Shown here: positions 1 through 14,934 of the stretch, piece after piece
Position numbering within the stretch: position 1 is the first letter of the stretch
Layout of the letters: each line of letters opens with the position of its first letter
Assembly: GCA_009103225.1 (NCBI GenBank)
Contig: RHPI01003369.1
Coordinates: 249,964 to 313,963 of the forward strand
Reading direction: 5' to 3'
From: Chlorokybus atmophyticus
Taxonomy: Eukaryota > Plantae > Mesostigma and Chlorokybus algae
Length of the DNA stretch: 64,000 nt
Notes under the pieces: model-generated
What the model was told of the DNA's origin: nothing
What the model saw: the letters and a program-made list of their open reading frames with translations, nothing else
The model's database searches: none
Translations under genes and position numbers: made by a program

Positions 1-34
1 TCGCTCATGCACCTCACATGAACTTGCTCTACAG

Positions 35-647
<613 letters not shown>

Positions 648-813
648 TGCAAAGTGTTGTGGCTTATTCCTTGGTGTTTGTATGCTGTACTTGCCATTGC
701 ACTTCACCCGTAAGCAATCCAGCTTGGCTGTTGCAACTGATGGTCTGGTCCATATGTGTGCACATAAACGCTTGCATCTGCCCTATTGGAAAGCCTACAC
801 CCCGCACATATGG

Positions 814-915
814 AATATACGCAGTGCATAATTATGTGCGTGCACAATTATGCACTGCGTATATTACGGGCACGTAGAGCATAATTGTGCGTGCACAATT
901 ATGCTCTACGTGCCC
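814..915. repeat. Two adjacent near-perfect hairpins sharing the core GCATAATT(A)TGTGCGTGCACAATTATGC
   Basis: 814-865: arms AATATACGCAGTGCATAATT / AATTATGCACTGCGTATATT. 868-915: arms GGGCACGTAGAGCATAATTGTGC / GCACAATTATGCTCTACGTGCCC, a perfect 23 bp stem. Confidence 0.9.
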
Positions 916-1511
916 TTGATTATAAAATTCTCGACGTTCAATGGCAGTCCAAACTCTGTGCTCTTCCAAGCGAATACAGCCAGACACGCATGCACACTAG
1001 GTTTGTATAGATAGCCCGGTGGTAATCATGATGTTGTTGGTGAGTATGTGGTTTGTCGATGGCTGGTGCATGTGTCGTGTGTGTAGTGTTGGTCACATGC
1101 ACAGCATTGCATATGTTCTACACTCAAACTCATGCTTGTGCCCATGCGATTGCTGAGACTGCATCTTTATGTCAAACAATCACGGTGTAGTGTAAGAAAG
1201 CAAGTTGAGCACACGACAGTTATAATCAGCTGACATCCCGTCACAATTGTCATCTGGCCACAACCAAAAGCCATGTGCTGCTATGAATGAAACCTTATGT
1301 ACACAACCCCAACATGGAGTGCGCTAGTAGTATACAAGTCCCTAGTAGCAATAACCCGTCTACATCCACCACTCCACTGTTCAACATCACTAAACTGCAC
1401 CACCCTTCAGACCCCAAACCCACTAAGTCGACACAAAGAAATCAGATCAAAAAGAATGACGTGCAGTGCACACCTTCAAGGCACATGATGTTGACGGTGC
1501 CCACCCAACAT

Positions 1512-4500
1512 TCATCCTGGCAACGCGGCGTGTCCCTCCAACCCGACGGACACATGATTGTCAGGTACCGCGGTGTCAAGAGCCTCCCTTATGGTTGCAC
1601 ATGGGATCACCTCGATGCCTAAATCCCTGGTCGGCTGTACGCCCGCTTGCGGCACGATGCAGCGCGCAAAGCCCAGCTTCGCGGCCTCCAACAAACGCCT
1701 CTCTAAGTTCGCAACAGGCCTAAGCTCCCCACCCAAACCAACCTGTCACAACCAACAAGAGTTTTCTGGGCTTGTCTGCAATGTTATCCTATCTTGTCTA
1801 CAGTTACCAAAATGTTTTTTGGTAACTGTAGACAAGATAGGATCTCGCAGTGTAAGACTAGATAGGTACCAAAATCGCTGAGTAGTTGTACATATACACC
1901 ACCGCGTAACACAGAAAAACCTGATAAAGATACACAGGAAGAGAAGTACACTCACTGTTATCAAACACTTGATGGTCATGTGCTCAACCCACCTCGCCAA
2001 CAAAGGCCATGTCGTGCGGCACGGGCACGTCTCGAAGGCTGCTCGCCACAGCGACGACCAGCGCCAAGTCTGTCGCTGGTTCAGTCAGCTTCATGCCCGC
2101 CACAACATTGACGTACACATCCTGTTGGGATATCAGTGATAAGTGGCAGACTGACTACTCTAATAGAAGGTCAGTCAAGGTGGGCGTCACCTGTCCGGCC
2201 ATGTTCACCCTGGCACACTTGCTCAGCACAGCCAGCAGCAGGTGCAACCTGTTCCCGTCCACGCCTGTGGCAGTTCGTCGCGGGTGTTGCGAGCTCGCAC
2301 AAAGCGCCTGCAGGCGTACGTCTTGCGACATCAGCGTATGCAGAAAAGCAATGCTGGGGTAAACAAACTGAGAGCGGCGCAAGAGGTTGCAAGCACTATT
2401 GACATTGCCGTGACAATATATACACGAAGAATGATTGAACTATTGTTGGTACATTACCTGGACTTCTAGCAGAAACGGGCGCGTGCCATTCATTGTGATG
2501 GCGACCGCTGATGCAGCCGGGCTCATGCCGAGCTGGGAGCGCTCGGAGAGAAACAGTTCACTTGGATTTGCCACTTCCACCAAACCTTGCTGACACATGT
2601 TGAACACTCCAACCTGCCATACCAGCTGAGACTTCGACATGTACTCTTCAAGCCAAGCCGTCACTTGAATAAGACTTTGACCAATGGGAATGTGACTTGC
2701 CACGCAATGCAACGACAAGCTTTCCTCGCATTGCTTGCAAGCAGCTGACACAGATAAGATACCTTTGATGAGGAGCCTTACCTCATCCGTGGCGCCATAT
2801 CGATTTTTAACAGCCCGTAGAAGCCTGTGGGACTTCCCATCTTCACCCTCCATGTACAAGACAACATCCACTATGTGCTCCAATACCCGTGGACCAGCAA
2901 TGTCGCCAGTCTTCGTGACATGTCCAATCTGCGAGGGATACATGAGTGTGCTGGGGCGCAGTCTGATTGTCCAAAGGTTGACCACATGACGCTATAGTGC
3001 GACTTACCAGGAAAATAGGGGGACCTTGGCGCTTAGCTGCATGCAGCAGGGCGGTAGCGCACTCCCGCACTTGACTCACACTGCCAGCACTGCCCGTGAC
3101 CTGCAAACGAAAGCGCTTCTGCGCACGGGAGCCAATGCACAAAACGTATCAGCTGCATAAAGTCTTGGCCGTGTTCCCACCTCATCAAGATAGACTGTTT
3201 GAATCGAGTCAATCACAACTGCGCGAGGCTGCATGCGTTGGATGGCCTCGAGGATGAGCTCCACGTTGGTTTCGCTGTACAAGTAGAGCGCTGGTTGCTA
3301 GCAGGAGAGCAAAACGAGTCAGTGCTGATCAAGTCAAACCAAGGCTATGCCATTTTGGAGACCTACCTTGATTCCCATGCGCTCTGCCCGGCTTTTGACC
3401 TGTTCAACACTCTCTTCTCCAGACACATACAACACCGGACTGCTTTCCTCGCTCGCATCTGAAGCAAGCAAGGCTGCAACCTGCATGAGCTGCGTGAGCT
3501 GACTTAGTATGCTGAAAGGCAACGACCCACATCCTGCCATGCATGGCTCCCAATGTCGTGTTGCGCACAAGTATCACCTGCAGGAGAAGGGTTGACTTGC
3601 CTACTCCCGGGTCACCGCCAACAAGCAGTAAGGACCCTGCCATGACGACCAGTAATTACACAGATGCGAACACAACGATTCATCACACTTCAACAGCTGA
3701 TGTTGGCTCACCTGGAACAACACCTCCCCCTAGCACTCGTGACATCTCGTTACCGCCAAGTCCATTGCTGTCATGGAAAAGAGCACAATGATGCAGATGA
3801 GCTGCATAAACATGTTGCCGAAGTCAACAAAACAGTGTTGACGCATGTAACTGCACGCTACCTCGCAAGCAATAGCACTTACAGTTGCAATCGCCACGAG
3901 CCGTTGATGTCTGTATGGTTAATCTCATCCAGTCGCTGCGGCCCAGCCTGGTTGGTGTCCACCCATGTGGAGCGCCTGCTGCTGCCATTGATGCTGCCTA
4001 TGTCATCGAATGACGCGCTTGAGCCAGGTCTGTGCAACAATCGTGCGGAGGCTCTTGTAGCTGCACCACCACCTCCAGTTGAAGATGGAGGCGGAGCCTC
4101 GTACCTCTCCTCCATTGTGTTGAAAGAGTTGCAACTTGGACATCTTCCATACCACTACAGTTGCCGCAATGTTGCGATCAGTGTTGCACAACCAACAAAC
4201 ATGATCAGGTCAGTATTGTAACATGAGTACCTGTGATTTTATGGTGTTGCATTCTTTGCATATGAAAGTGACGCGGCCCTTCTTCTTGCTGCTGAGACTG
4301 CTGTTGTATCGCACAAAACTGCCACCTAAAATAGACAGGTAGGAAGTTGTGGCAACATTACAGTATACAAAACGCAGAGGACATGCGGTTTGACTTCACA
4401 TACTTGTGGATCTGTAGCCGTTCAACTCGGCAACGACCGGTGTGGTGTGAGGGCCAAAGCCTTGACGTGAGCGTGCATGAGTGGTCGTGGATGCTGCGCT

Positions 4501-5411
4501 TAGAAGCGCAGTTTCGTTTTCGCTTGCCTGTTGCGACCAACAAAACGGCTCTGGTCACTTGCCAATGAGCACTTTGCAAAAAAGCATGCAGCAAGGCATG
4601 CAACAGCAACACTGCATGCAACACTGAACAACGCTTGTGCCTGCCAAGGGAGGCTACAGGAAAGAGTGCACGCGACCACAAACTAGTGTACAACAAGGGC
4701 TGAAGTGTGCACACCTTCTCCCAGTTGGCATTACTGTGAACCTCATACTGCAGCTGATTGCAATGCTGCAGCTAATCCTAGCGCTCTGTGCTGCTTACCA
4801 TCCTTCCTATGACTTATAAAAGTCGAACTCGGCATCACTTATTCAACACGACAAGCATTTGTCCAAGACGTGAGAAATACAACCCACGCACTGTACTGCA
4901 GCACAGGCCCAGCGCAACCAAAACACCTGCACAGTAGTGCTATGTACATACTTGCTTTATGCTTACCCCACATGCTGCAACAGCTTGATCAACAGCATTG
5001 GCACCCAAACAGTTCAATTCAAGCAGGCGTCACCTTTGTACGTTCCCTCAAACGACTACCTTCTGAGCAGCATAATACACATGACCTAAGTTAACAACTG
5101 AAAGCACAAGTTGTGAGGCGTGGTTTGTCGGCAGCGGCAAACTTGTTTCACATGTCAGCTCTCTCACCCTCTGTGCGAGGGACCAGCCCAGGCGGCGGCG
5201 GACGCAGCTGCTCCACAGCGACGACGACGCTCGTCTCATCCGCGAGGCAAAGGAGGGCGCTTGACTCTGTCCTCTGCTTCCCAAACCTACCACCAGCTCC
5301 ACCTCCGCCGCCGCCGCCGTCCCATGGGCATACATAGCAAACCGCAAAGCCCGGCACACAGCTGTGTTTGTATGCGAGTGTCAGAGTCTGGCTCACCACT
5401 CGCGCCGACAC
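1512..5411 (-). CDS. RADA: DNA repair protein RadA/Sms, probably organelle-targeted, multi-exon; 5' end uncertain
   Basis: Zn finger FICKECNTIKSQ|WYGRCPSC; Walker A GGDPGVGKSTLLLQ; LYVSGEES; VVIDSIQTVY; GHVTKTGDIAGPRVLEHIVDVVLYMEGE; KNRYG motif; GEVGLGGELRPV. Stop TGA at 1512. Confidence 0.93.
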
Positions 5412-5604
5412 ATGCCCGTTTAACCGTCAATGAATGCAATGTGCGACAAGAACACTAGCACGCTCATACACTGACAAGTGGTGTCGTCTCTGACGACGGT
5501 CGGCGTTGTGCATGAGCGTAGCAGCTTAGGCATTATAGGTTTCAGCTGTCAGCTTGTAGTGGGCAGCTGGGGTCGTTGTCGCCGTCGTCGTCGTTGGCGG
5601 CGTC

Positions 5605-8600
5605 ATGGCGGGGGTGTTGGCGCGGGCGGCTGCGGGTCGTAGCGGAGGGCTGCGGCGAGTCTGCGCTGGCGCTGTAAGCTGAAACACGGCTTGGTGTCGC
5701 ATAGCATGCTGGCTAGCTGCTCGGTTGTTTGGCGTTCACTTTCACCTCTTTCACACGTTGCTCTTGTCAGCCGTCTGTCTCCAGCTTCCATATTAGTGTG
5801 TGCTTGCGCTTGTCTTTCCCTTGCATGCTTTCCGTGTGCATGGTGTGCGTTGGGTGCATGCAGCGCCTTTTGCTTGGAGGTTGCAGTTCGCATGCGCAGG
5901 TTGTGAGCGTGTGAAGTGCAACATGCAAGAGCTTTGGAACGTTTCTGAGTAACCGGACGTCACATTGCATGCATGACAGCAGCTTGTTCTGCGCCATGAC
6001 TTCCTTTGCATGGGCGGCACCTGACTGTTGCGTACCTGTGTCATACTTGTAGTGGCAAGCGTTGACAGAGGCTCAGACAACTACAGCACCGTTTGGTGTG
6101 AGGCACAAGAGTGATGCTACGGTGAGTTGAGTTCAGTGGGTATGAACTTCCACAAGAGCGGGTGTTCCTTTGCATCTCACCTTTGCATTTCACATTGTTG
6201 GCGGCTTCCAAACATGGCGAAGCCACGCACAAAGCATTCATGTCAGATGGGAACATGTCAATAAACCAACAACTCCGTGGCTGCAGGACCTGTATAGCAA
6301 ACTAGAGGAGATCATACCAAAGGAACAGGTATGCGTTTTCGCCAATGCTCCTTCGTTCAATTGCTCTTGACTAATGTTGCGCTTGCATTACAGGAACGAC
6401 TTGTGGATCTCAAAAAGACACATGGCCATAAAGTCCTAGGCAAGGTCACAATCGAGCAGGCAAGTTGATGGTTATGCATACACAGCCTTCGACATCGTAG
6501 TTACAAAGTTGTCAGGTTGAGTGTGCACATCTGTGCAGGCGCATTGCTCTATCCACTTGGCTGATGGTGCCATACTACTTCTCAATGCAGGTCATTGGAG
6601 GCATGCGGGGTATCAAGGGACTACTATGGGAGCCTTCGCTGTTAGATGAGGAAGAGGTCAGGTCACACAACCGCCAATAGACAGTCATTTATGACTGCCG
6701 TTTCTCAAGTTGCTCGTTGCCGGTTGGCATGCCTTTGGCTCTGCATCTGAGTATGTCTGCTTACTTCAACAGGGCATCCGGTTCAGAGGCTTCTCGATAC
6801 CAGAGTGCCAGGTACGTAGCACTGGTTGTTTGATCGCAAGCTGTTATGTGCTATGTGTTCGAGCTACAGTCATGCACGCAAGTTTCGGGCTCTAGGTTTC
6901 CTTGTTAACTACATGAAGAAGTGCATGCGGGTACATACATAAATGCACGGCACACATCGAGTTGCTTGTACACATGCAGGCCCAGTTGCCAAGCGCAGTG
7001 CAGAACGGGGAGCCTATACCCGAAGGTCTGTTCTGGCTCCTAGTGACTGGAGAAGTCCCCACCAAGGAACAGGCTGCGAGTGTTACCGCAGAGTTTCAGC
7101 GGCGCGCAGGGCTGCCGAGTAAGTGAAAAAGAGTTGTGGACGCTAACAGACAATCGGCTGAAAGCTTTCTTTACTGCGATGGCTGACTTGATCGCTGCTA
7201 ACAGGCTATGTCCATGACGTGCTGAATGCCCTGCCCGATGATGCGCATCCAATGACTCAGCTGGTGACTGGCGTGATGGCCCTGCAAACCAAGTCCAAGT
7301 TTTCTGCCGCCTATGCCAAAGGCATGAACAAAAAGCTGTTCTGGCAGCCTGTGTACGAAGACAGCCTCGACCTCATTGCAAAGCTGCCAGGTTTGTTGTG
7401 TGGTAATCCAGTCATTTCCCGTGTCACGAGTCTTGCAGCACACGCTCACAACACGTAACGCAAAAGGCATTGTGAGTGAAAGGTTAGTCTCATTGTTGTG
7501 CAGAGCTGGCTGCTACAATCTATCGCAAGACATTCAAGGGCGGCAAATACATCTCCTCAGATCCGAACCTGGACTGGTCTGCAAACTATGCACACATGAT
7601 GGGTTACGACTCTGAAGAGGTCAGTTTGCATCATCTTCGTGCTACGTGCTACAACGCAGCTCACTAACCAAACCTGCTAACATCCAAACCAAAGCACCAT
7701 CATGCAGCTTGTAGATTGAACTACCAACTTGCTTCATGCTGTGCCGCGCATGATCCATGGACATCATGCAGGTCAAAGAGCTATTAAGACTTTACCTCAC
7801 GATACACGCCGATCATGAAGGCGGCAATGTCTCAGCCCATGCAACCCACTTGGTTGGCTCCGCGCTAGCAGATCCCTACTTGTCATATGCTGCTGGGATG
7901 AATGGCCTGGCTGGACCCCTGCACGGGCTGGCAAACCAGGAGGTACCTCAGTCAACAGCTTGATATCCCGTTTGTTTGTGTTCTAATCTGGAGTTGTGTC
8001 ACTTCAGGTGTTGGGCTGGTTGAAGCAAATCAACTCACAACTCGGCTCTGATGTTAGTAAAGAGCAGCTGACCAACTTTATTGAAGACACACTCAAAGCG
8101 GGCAAGGTGGTGCCTGGTTATGGACATGCCGTGTTGCGAAAAACAGACCCCAGGTGAGTTGTTACTCCCAATGATGCGTTGTGTGTTAATAATCTGAGCA
8201 TGTTTGCCATGTGTTCGCTCATGAGTTGAATGATGTGTGCTTCAGGTACACATGCCAGCGTGAGTTTGCCCTCAAGCATCTTCCTGAGGACCCGATGTTC
8301 CGCGTCGTGAGCCTCTTGTATGAAGTTGTCCCGGACATTCTTATTAAGACAGGAAAGGTCAAGAACCCATGGCCGAATGTTGATGCGCACTCTGGCGTTC
8401 TCCTTACGGTGAGTTACACCGCGCGCACGCACATGCATGCGTGCACACACACACGCACGCGCTCTCTGTGCACACTAGTACAACGCTCAGCATCAGCAAT
8501 ATGTTTGTCTCACCAGACATCTACGTGATGCTGCCCCTTGCTTGCAGCATTATGGTATCACGGAGGAGCGCTACTACACCGTCATGTTTGGGGTTTCTCG

Positions 8601-8715
8601 GGCACTTGGCGTGCTCGCGCAGCTCATTTGGGATCGCGCGCTAGGCTTGCCGATTGAGCGCCCCAAGAGTCTCACGTCCGCGTGGCTACGGAAGCACGCG
8701 CAGCATACAGAGTGA
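5605..8715 (+). CDS. CS: Mitochondrial citrate synthase, multi-exon
   Basis: Transit-like start [19 protein letters not shown]; [19 protein letters not shown]; [25 protein letters not shown]; [11 protein letters not shown]; [14 protein letters not shown]; [11 protein letters not shown]; [14 protein letters not shown] at 8713-8715. Confidence 0.96.
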
Positions 8716-9508
8716 TTGCATAAACATATCAGCGTGTTGTAATTAAGCATTCGACTAGTCAACACTGAGTAGTTCTAGGTAAAAGTGTGCGTTATGCTGA
8801 GTTCTGCTCTGCCATGTGTGGTCATCAGCACTTGTCGTTATTGATCGGAGAGTGCATAACTTGGCATGCAGCAATATTGTCCGAGCATCTGCATTCAGCT
8901 TGATTAAGGTCTGCCAGATTGGCATGCAATGAATGTGTACAACATATCGGATGCAGGGATTGTATCATGCATGAGCGTGTCATACACATGCATGTGCACA
9001 GTGTGCACTTAGTCACATAGTTAGAGAGTAACATGCGCAGGTTGTTGGGATACATGTCGACACTCTTGTGATCCGGGCCTGTATAGCACAGCCACATGCG
9101 AGTTGTTTCCATATGTGCCAAAGGGTTCTGCCGTTCAACTCTGTATATACTGCAAATGTACCAGTTGCAGCGGGAAAGGGACATCCAGGTGTTGCAGTCT
9201 GCAACGTGGCCATTGCGAACCTGCAAGTCGAGCATTGGCTGTGACACCGTGCATGTGACCATTACAGCGTACCATCTCCTGTACACCCCCGTTGAGCGGA
9301 GGCCTGCATGGAGCAGCCCTTCAGAACTACTGAATGCGCTTAATGAAACCAACACGCAGCGTTCCGTTCTTACATCGAGGGCGCGGCTGCCTCCAACAAC
9401 AGCAGTCTGCCAAATTGAACGTAAATTCTCGCCCGGCGGCGGCGGCGATGCCTTTAGTAGCCGTGTGAGACGAGCATTTCACCCCATCACCCCATTCTCC
9501 ACGTAGCA

Positions 9509-11902
9509 ATGACCAGTCTACAAGCAGCGGCGGTTGACTTGCCCACCTGTGGGCGGACGCAGGCGTCAAGCAGTAGCAGCAGCAGCAGCGGCGGCGGCGG
9601 CGGCGTTTGGAGGCATCCTCAGCAACATCTTCAGCAGAAGCGCAAAGGGCTTAGGGCTTGTAGCCATAAAAGCGTAGGGTTCCTTTGCACAGCTGCTTCT
9701 GCTGCTGCTGCTGCTTCTGCTGCTGCTGGTGCTGGTGCTGGTGCTTCCGTTCAGCCTAGCAATAAGCTGCTGCATGCACGCATAGCGCAGCGCGGCTCAA
9801 CTTTGGTATGCGCAGCTAAGGGAAAACGACGAGGCGGGAAAGGTATGCACACACGCACACATGTATACACAAGCACACCAGAGCGCGAATACACGCGCAT
9901 TGTGTCCAATTATCACCTTTCTAAGACATTGGCGCAACATATCTATAGGTTGTTGATCGCATTGTTTGAGTGGTCCTGGATGAGTGTTTGCCTGCTGACG
10001 TAGCTCATTTAATGGAATTGACGCATGTTACTAAGCCAGCATTAGTGCTGTTGGGCTGTGCCAGTCAGCTATTGATGCATGCTATAGCCTGCCTCGTTGC
10101 ACAACATATGTGTATACAATGTAGTGACTGGTTCACACGGTTGCAAACACCACAATCCTGTGACCACCCTCTGACCATATTAGTTCTTCAACACCAACAA
10201 CAACATGAGTTGAAAAAGCACATACATGCTCCAGCAGGCAAGAAAGGAGGGCGACAGGGTGAGGAAGAGGGCCAGGAGACAGAGGAAGAAATCTATTCCA
10301 TCGACTCAGGCTGGCTCATTGATCAAGACAGCGTGCTCCCTCCCAACATCAACACCAACAACACCAACAACAACGTCACCACCACCAACAACAACAACAA
10401 CAACAGCAGCCTCTCGCTCAATGTGGCGCGGCTGCAGGAGCATTTCAACAGCAAGCAGCGGGTTGTCACGGATGAGGAGGGGCATGAGGGAGATGAGGAG
10501 TGGGGTGATGGCGAGTGGGGTGATGAGGAGGATGAGGAGGATGGGGATGAGAATGAGAATGGGGAGGATGGGCTCTCTGGTATCAGCATTCATATCTCAG
10601 AAGAGGTGCGGTTTCTTTTTGTTTTATTGTTTTTGAGTTGCTTTGTATGCACACGTGCGACTTGCACGTCTGAATGCAAAGCAACTTACGTGTAAGCCCG
10701 TGTGCGTGCGTGTGCGTGCGTGTGGGTGGGTGTGCATGCGCCTAATTATGTGTGTGCTCAGGCGCTGTGTGTAGATGTGCTTGTGCTTGTGCTTGTGTTT
10801 GTGTAAGTGTACGTGTTTGTGTGCTCATTTGCACGATTTGTGCGTGCTCGCGTTCTTGCGTGCACAATGCGCGTATGCACACTTGATCCTGCATCTCTTG
10901 GCGTGTTCACTCATGATCCTGTCTCTACGTTGATATCGTCACCCAACCCAACACCTCTTTCCCCCTCTCCCTGACTTGCAGGCACTGAAGCAAATGGAGA
11001 AAGAGGCAGGCTTGACAGACATACTCAACGCCGCCGATGACGACTTCCTCGACGATGAGGAAGATGACGATGATGTCCACGAGGACGATTTGGACGACGC
11101 GGAGAAGGCCGAGCGCGCGCGCCAGTTCGTGGCGGCGAAGCTGACGCCACGGCTGCGGCGCAAGCTGGGCGGGGGAGTGGACGACGACGGTGGCGTGTTG
11201 GTGGGAGGAGATGTCATGGAGGCGGCGCCGACCAAGGCTAGACGCACGCAGAAACTACTGCGGGTACGCTCCTCATGTGGGTGGGAGTGGTTGGGTGCAT
11301 GGGTGAGAGTTGGAGTGTATGAGGATCTGTGTTGTGTGCAGAGTGGTGTCGTGCATGTTATTGTGGAACGGGAAGTTGGTATTGATTGTCATTGGCCACA
11401 CGCGCAGATCATCGCGGGGTCGGCGGGCGGGACCAGGCTCCTCTCCCCGCAGGACCTGAACGTGCGGCCGATGATGGAGCTCGTGCGCGGGGCCGTCTTC
11501 AGCATGCTGCAGGTCACACAAGCAGTGTTGTTGTTGTTGTACTATTGTTGTTGTCCTCTTACCTACTTTTGTGCTGATACGGGTGTTTTGTTAATGGCAG
11601 TCTCTCTCAGGCCACTACGGCTCAATGATGCCGGAAGGCCGGTGGCTTGACCTCTACTCTGGCACGGGCGCTGTTGGGTTGGAAGCCTTGAGCAGGGGCT
11701 GCACTGAGGTAGAGCGTGCATGCATCACAGTGTTGATTATCGTGTGGTGTGGTGTTATTGTCTGGTCAGTGCGCAACGCAGTCGACTGAGGCACAGTGGG
11801 ATATGTGATAGTTGTGCGTTGCCACGTATCTGCTCCACAAGTTGTTTGTATGTGTGTGCGCGCGCGTGCACGCAAGTGCATGCATGGGTGCGGGTGCGGG
11901 TG

Positions 11903-11947
<45 letters not shown>

Positions 11948-12579
11948 ATCCGTCTGCACATGTATTCTCTCCTCATACCAACACCTCATGACGCAATATC
12001 AGGCACACTTTGTGGAGCTGGACCGATGGGTGTTGACCAACGTGCTGTCGCCGAACGTGACCAGCGCCCATTTTGAGCAGTCTGTCACTCTGCACGCGCA
12101 GGCCGTTGAAACGTTCCTTGAGAAGGCCAAACTAATGCGTACGTCATACACACATACACATACACACATTCACACCACTACACTCTTGTCCGACCAGCCG
12201 CACAATGATGATTCATTACCAACATAACAACCCTTTGCAGCCAAGTTTGCGGGAGGACCCTTTGATTTCATCAGCGTGACTCCCCCGTATGAAGCCGTTG
12301 TATACTCGGAGCTTATGGCGCAGCTGGCCGAGTCGCCCCTTGTGCACGAAGACACGTACATGGTGAGTTGTGGCTTACAAACTTATTGTACTACCGACAC
12401 AACACCCTGCCTGTGTGTTCAAGTCCGTCATGTTGTCTCACGGTTCCACCCGCCTTCAGATTGTGGAGTATCCGAGGCAGTCCCAACGTGAGCTTGGCGA
12501 CGTGTGCGGGCCGCTGCATAAGTTGAGAGATAGAAAATACGGCAGGACAAATATCGCTCTGTATGGGCCGCTCGACTGA
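9509..12579 (+). CDS. RSMD: RsmD-like (16S rRNA m2G966-type) methyltransferase with a probable plastid transit peptide and a long acidic N-terminal region
   Basis: QIIAGSAGGTRLLSPQDLNVRPMMELVRGAVFSML; RWLDLYSGTGAVGLEALSRG; PFDFISVTPPY; IVEYP; RDRKYGRTNIALYGP*. Ser/Ala-rich N-terminus. Confidence 0.88.
11905..11946. repeat. (TG)n microsatellite, intronic
   Basis: Direct reading; about 21 units. Confidence 0.97.
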
Positions 12580-12991
12580 TACAATATGCAAGATTGATAG
12601 CGATAGCATGCATTGATGGCACATTCCACAGCGTGTAACCCATGAGCATCTATGCAGCCGGGCAACTTGGGTTGTCCACCAAACCCACTGGCTGCAACAG
12701 CAGTCATTCACTGCAACTCAGGTCGACTTTGACCATGACACGAGTGATGGCAATCACCCTGTGCTTGAATCTGACACACAACATTCTTCAGGAGTGCATT
12801 GACCGCCTAACCAATCTCCCGCACAACAGCGGCAACCAATGCGAATGAATTCCCAAACCAAAACTAACTAAAGCGAGCCTACCTACCCAGTCACACCCTC
12901 TAGCCCTCGCAACAACAAACACCAACAACATCGCTATGCACACTCCAACACACCCCACTCACCATCAATGAACGATGTACTCACTCAACCG

Positions 12992-13253
12992 CTACCTCCT
13001 CCCGTTGCTTGTAGTCCCCCCCACCCTCTCCTCTATCTTCGCCAGCCTCTTCTCCATCTCCGCCATCTGTTTGAGGACAGCGAGGTGGTTGGCCCGCATC
13101 GTCTCGGCGATCTTGTGCAGCTGCGAGTCGGGCCAGGGGTCGTTGACCACGACGCGCCAGCCGAACACGTGCTCCATCTGGAGAGCCGCCATCGCCTCCT
13201 TGAGAGCGGGGAGGTAGATCTCGTAGCCGAAACGGACGATGAGGCGACGGAAC

Positions 13254-13323
<70 letters not shown>

Positions 13324-14036
13324 GTGAGTGCTAAAGGTCCTTTATTCGTGCTTGCTCGCGCGTGTGTGTTCTTGCGTGTGTTTGTGCTCACCTCGAGCAT
13401 GACACGCAAGGGTGAGAGTGTGCAACGCGTTGTGCAAGAGCGTTTGCAAGTTGTGCTGATCATTAAATGCATGGTGTTGGCATAGGCGGACTTGGTGACA
13501 ACAACTCATCAGTGTAATAGTTATGGTGAACAGTCGTGATCTGTCAAACCAGACACGCATGCAACATGCGCACAGTTGCACGCAGCTGCTCGTACTGCAT
13601 GTGCAACTGACAAATGCAGTGCTTGCGCATTTACATGTGCTACTCAGCACCTCCCACGCACCCATGCACGCATGCACTATTGCTCGCACACACACACACA
13701 CACACCACTTAGATAAGCCCACCTGTCTTGGTGCAGCACCGCCAGCACATTCTTGAAATGCTGCACGCTCGCCTCCCCGAGCCTATTCCCATCCAAATCA
13801 ATGGCGCACGTGGTCTTGAGCACGATCTTGCTCCCGTGTATGAGTCTGAACAGCTGCTGCATGACGTGCGGCCCGATCCCATGGTTGGCCAGGTTCCAGC
13901 TGCGGACCTGATGGTCGTCAGAGGGTGCAGCCGCCAACATCTCAAACTCCTCGAAAAGCTGCTCGGCGGTCAGGTGCATCACCTGACCGCCGGGCATGCG
14001 ACGCACGGCCGCGTTCTCACGCAACTCCCCTGACAT
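12992..14036 (-). CDS. Hypothetical two-exon protein with an LRR-like segment and a C-terminal coiled coil
   Basis: Exon 1 ...WNLANHGIGPHVMQQL...IDLDGNRLGEASVQHFKNVLAVLHQDR|GT joins exon 2 AG|FRRLIVRFGYEIYLPALKEAMAALQ...KQMAEMEKRLAKIEERV. GC-rich coding-like composition. Confidence 0.55.
13256..13321. repeat. (GA)n microsatellite; on the minus strand it forms the polypyrimidine tract before an acceptor
   Basis: Direct reading. Confidence 0.97.
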
Positions 14037-14934
14037 GTTTAGTCCGAGCTGTGTTGTTGTAGTTGTGGTGGTCGTGGTGGGTGGTGGTGTATTGGATTCG
14101 GTTGTGAATTGGTGTTCTTGTTGTTGTTGCTATCGAAGTGGTGGTGGATGGTGTTGTTGCCGCAACAGTAGCTATGGCTTTGCTGTTGCTGTTGCTGTTG
14201 CTGCCCTCTCCTCTCACGCAAGAGGTGAAGTCTTCCCTGCATTAACAAAGAATAATGACATGCGCACTTGCACGAATAGCATTGCAGACTCAACCGCATG
14301 TTTCTTATTTGTTATTTTCCTTAAGTATCTTGAAGTCGTTTTTACCAAGTTAATACACACACTGCTGCTGTGAGAGTATAAAATTGACACTCAGGTGCAA
14401 CAGGCTCAAGTGGTATAACTGGCAAAACAACGACAATCGCCAATAACCATCACAGTAATAACAACAGCAGGCACTGCCATAATGAAAACCAGAACAGTAA
14501 CCTGCAGCAATGGACACAAGGCACAACCAGAACAGGTTGAGCTATGCAGAAAGCGGCATAAGACTTGATGACAATTGCTTGAGAATGCTTAGCAGGGCGC
14601 ACATACGAACAATCGCTCACAAGTCGACTGGGAAAATAACTTGATTGCCTGAGGCTCTCTGTTGTGATGTTGTACTGTAACATTGTAAAACCTGCATGAT
14701 AATCTACGTTGCCTAGTTGTTTGAGGGCATCATCACGCACGATTACAACAACACTTGCATGCTTTGTAAAATTGTACACAACTACCTGAAACTCTCTCTC
14801 AGCTTAGCTGCACTTTCTCAACTGCATCCTTCATTGATCGCCGCGCAGAAGAACACCGTTAACGACATTCAACCCGGACCACGACGACGACCGCCACCCC
14901 CCTCCGCAGCGTCACCCGCCGCCCCCCAGCCAAG

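Noticed and set aside
8825-9500. Possible small minus-strand gene divergent from RSMD
   Set aside because: AG/GT-bounded segments exist, but no frame gave a recognisable or consistent protein.
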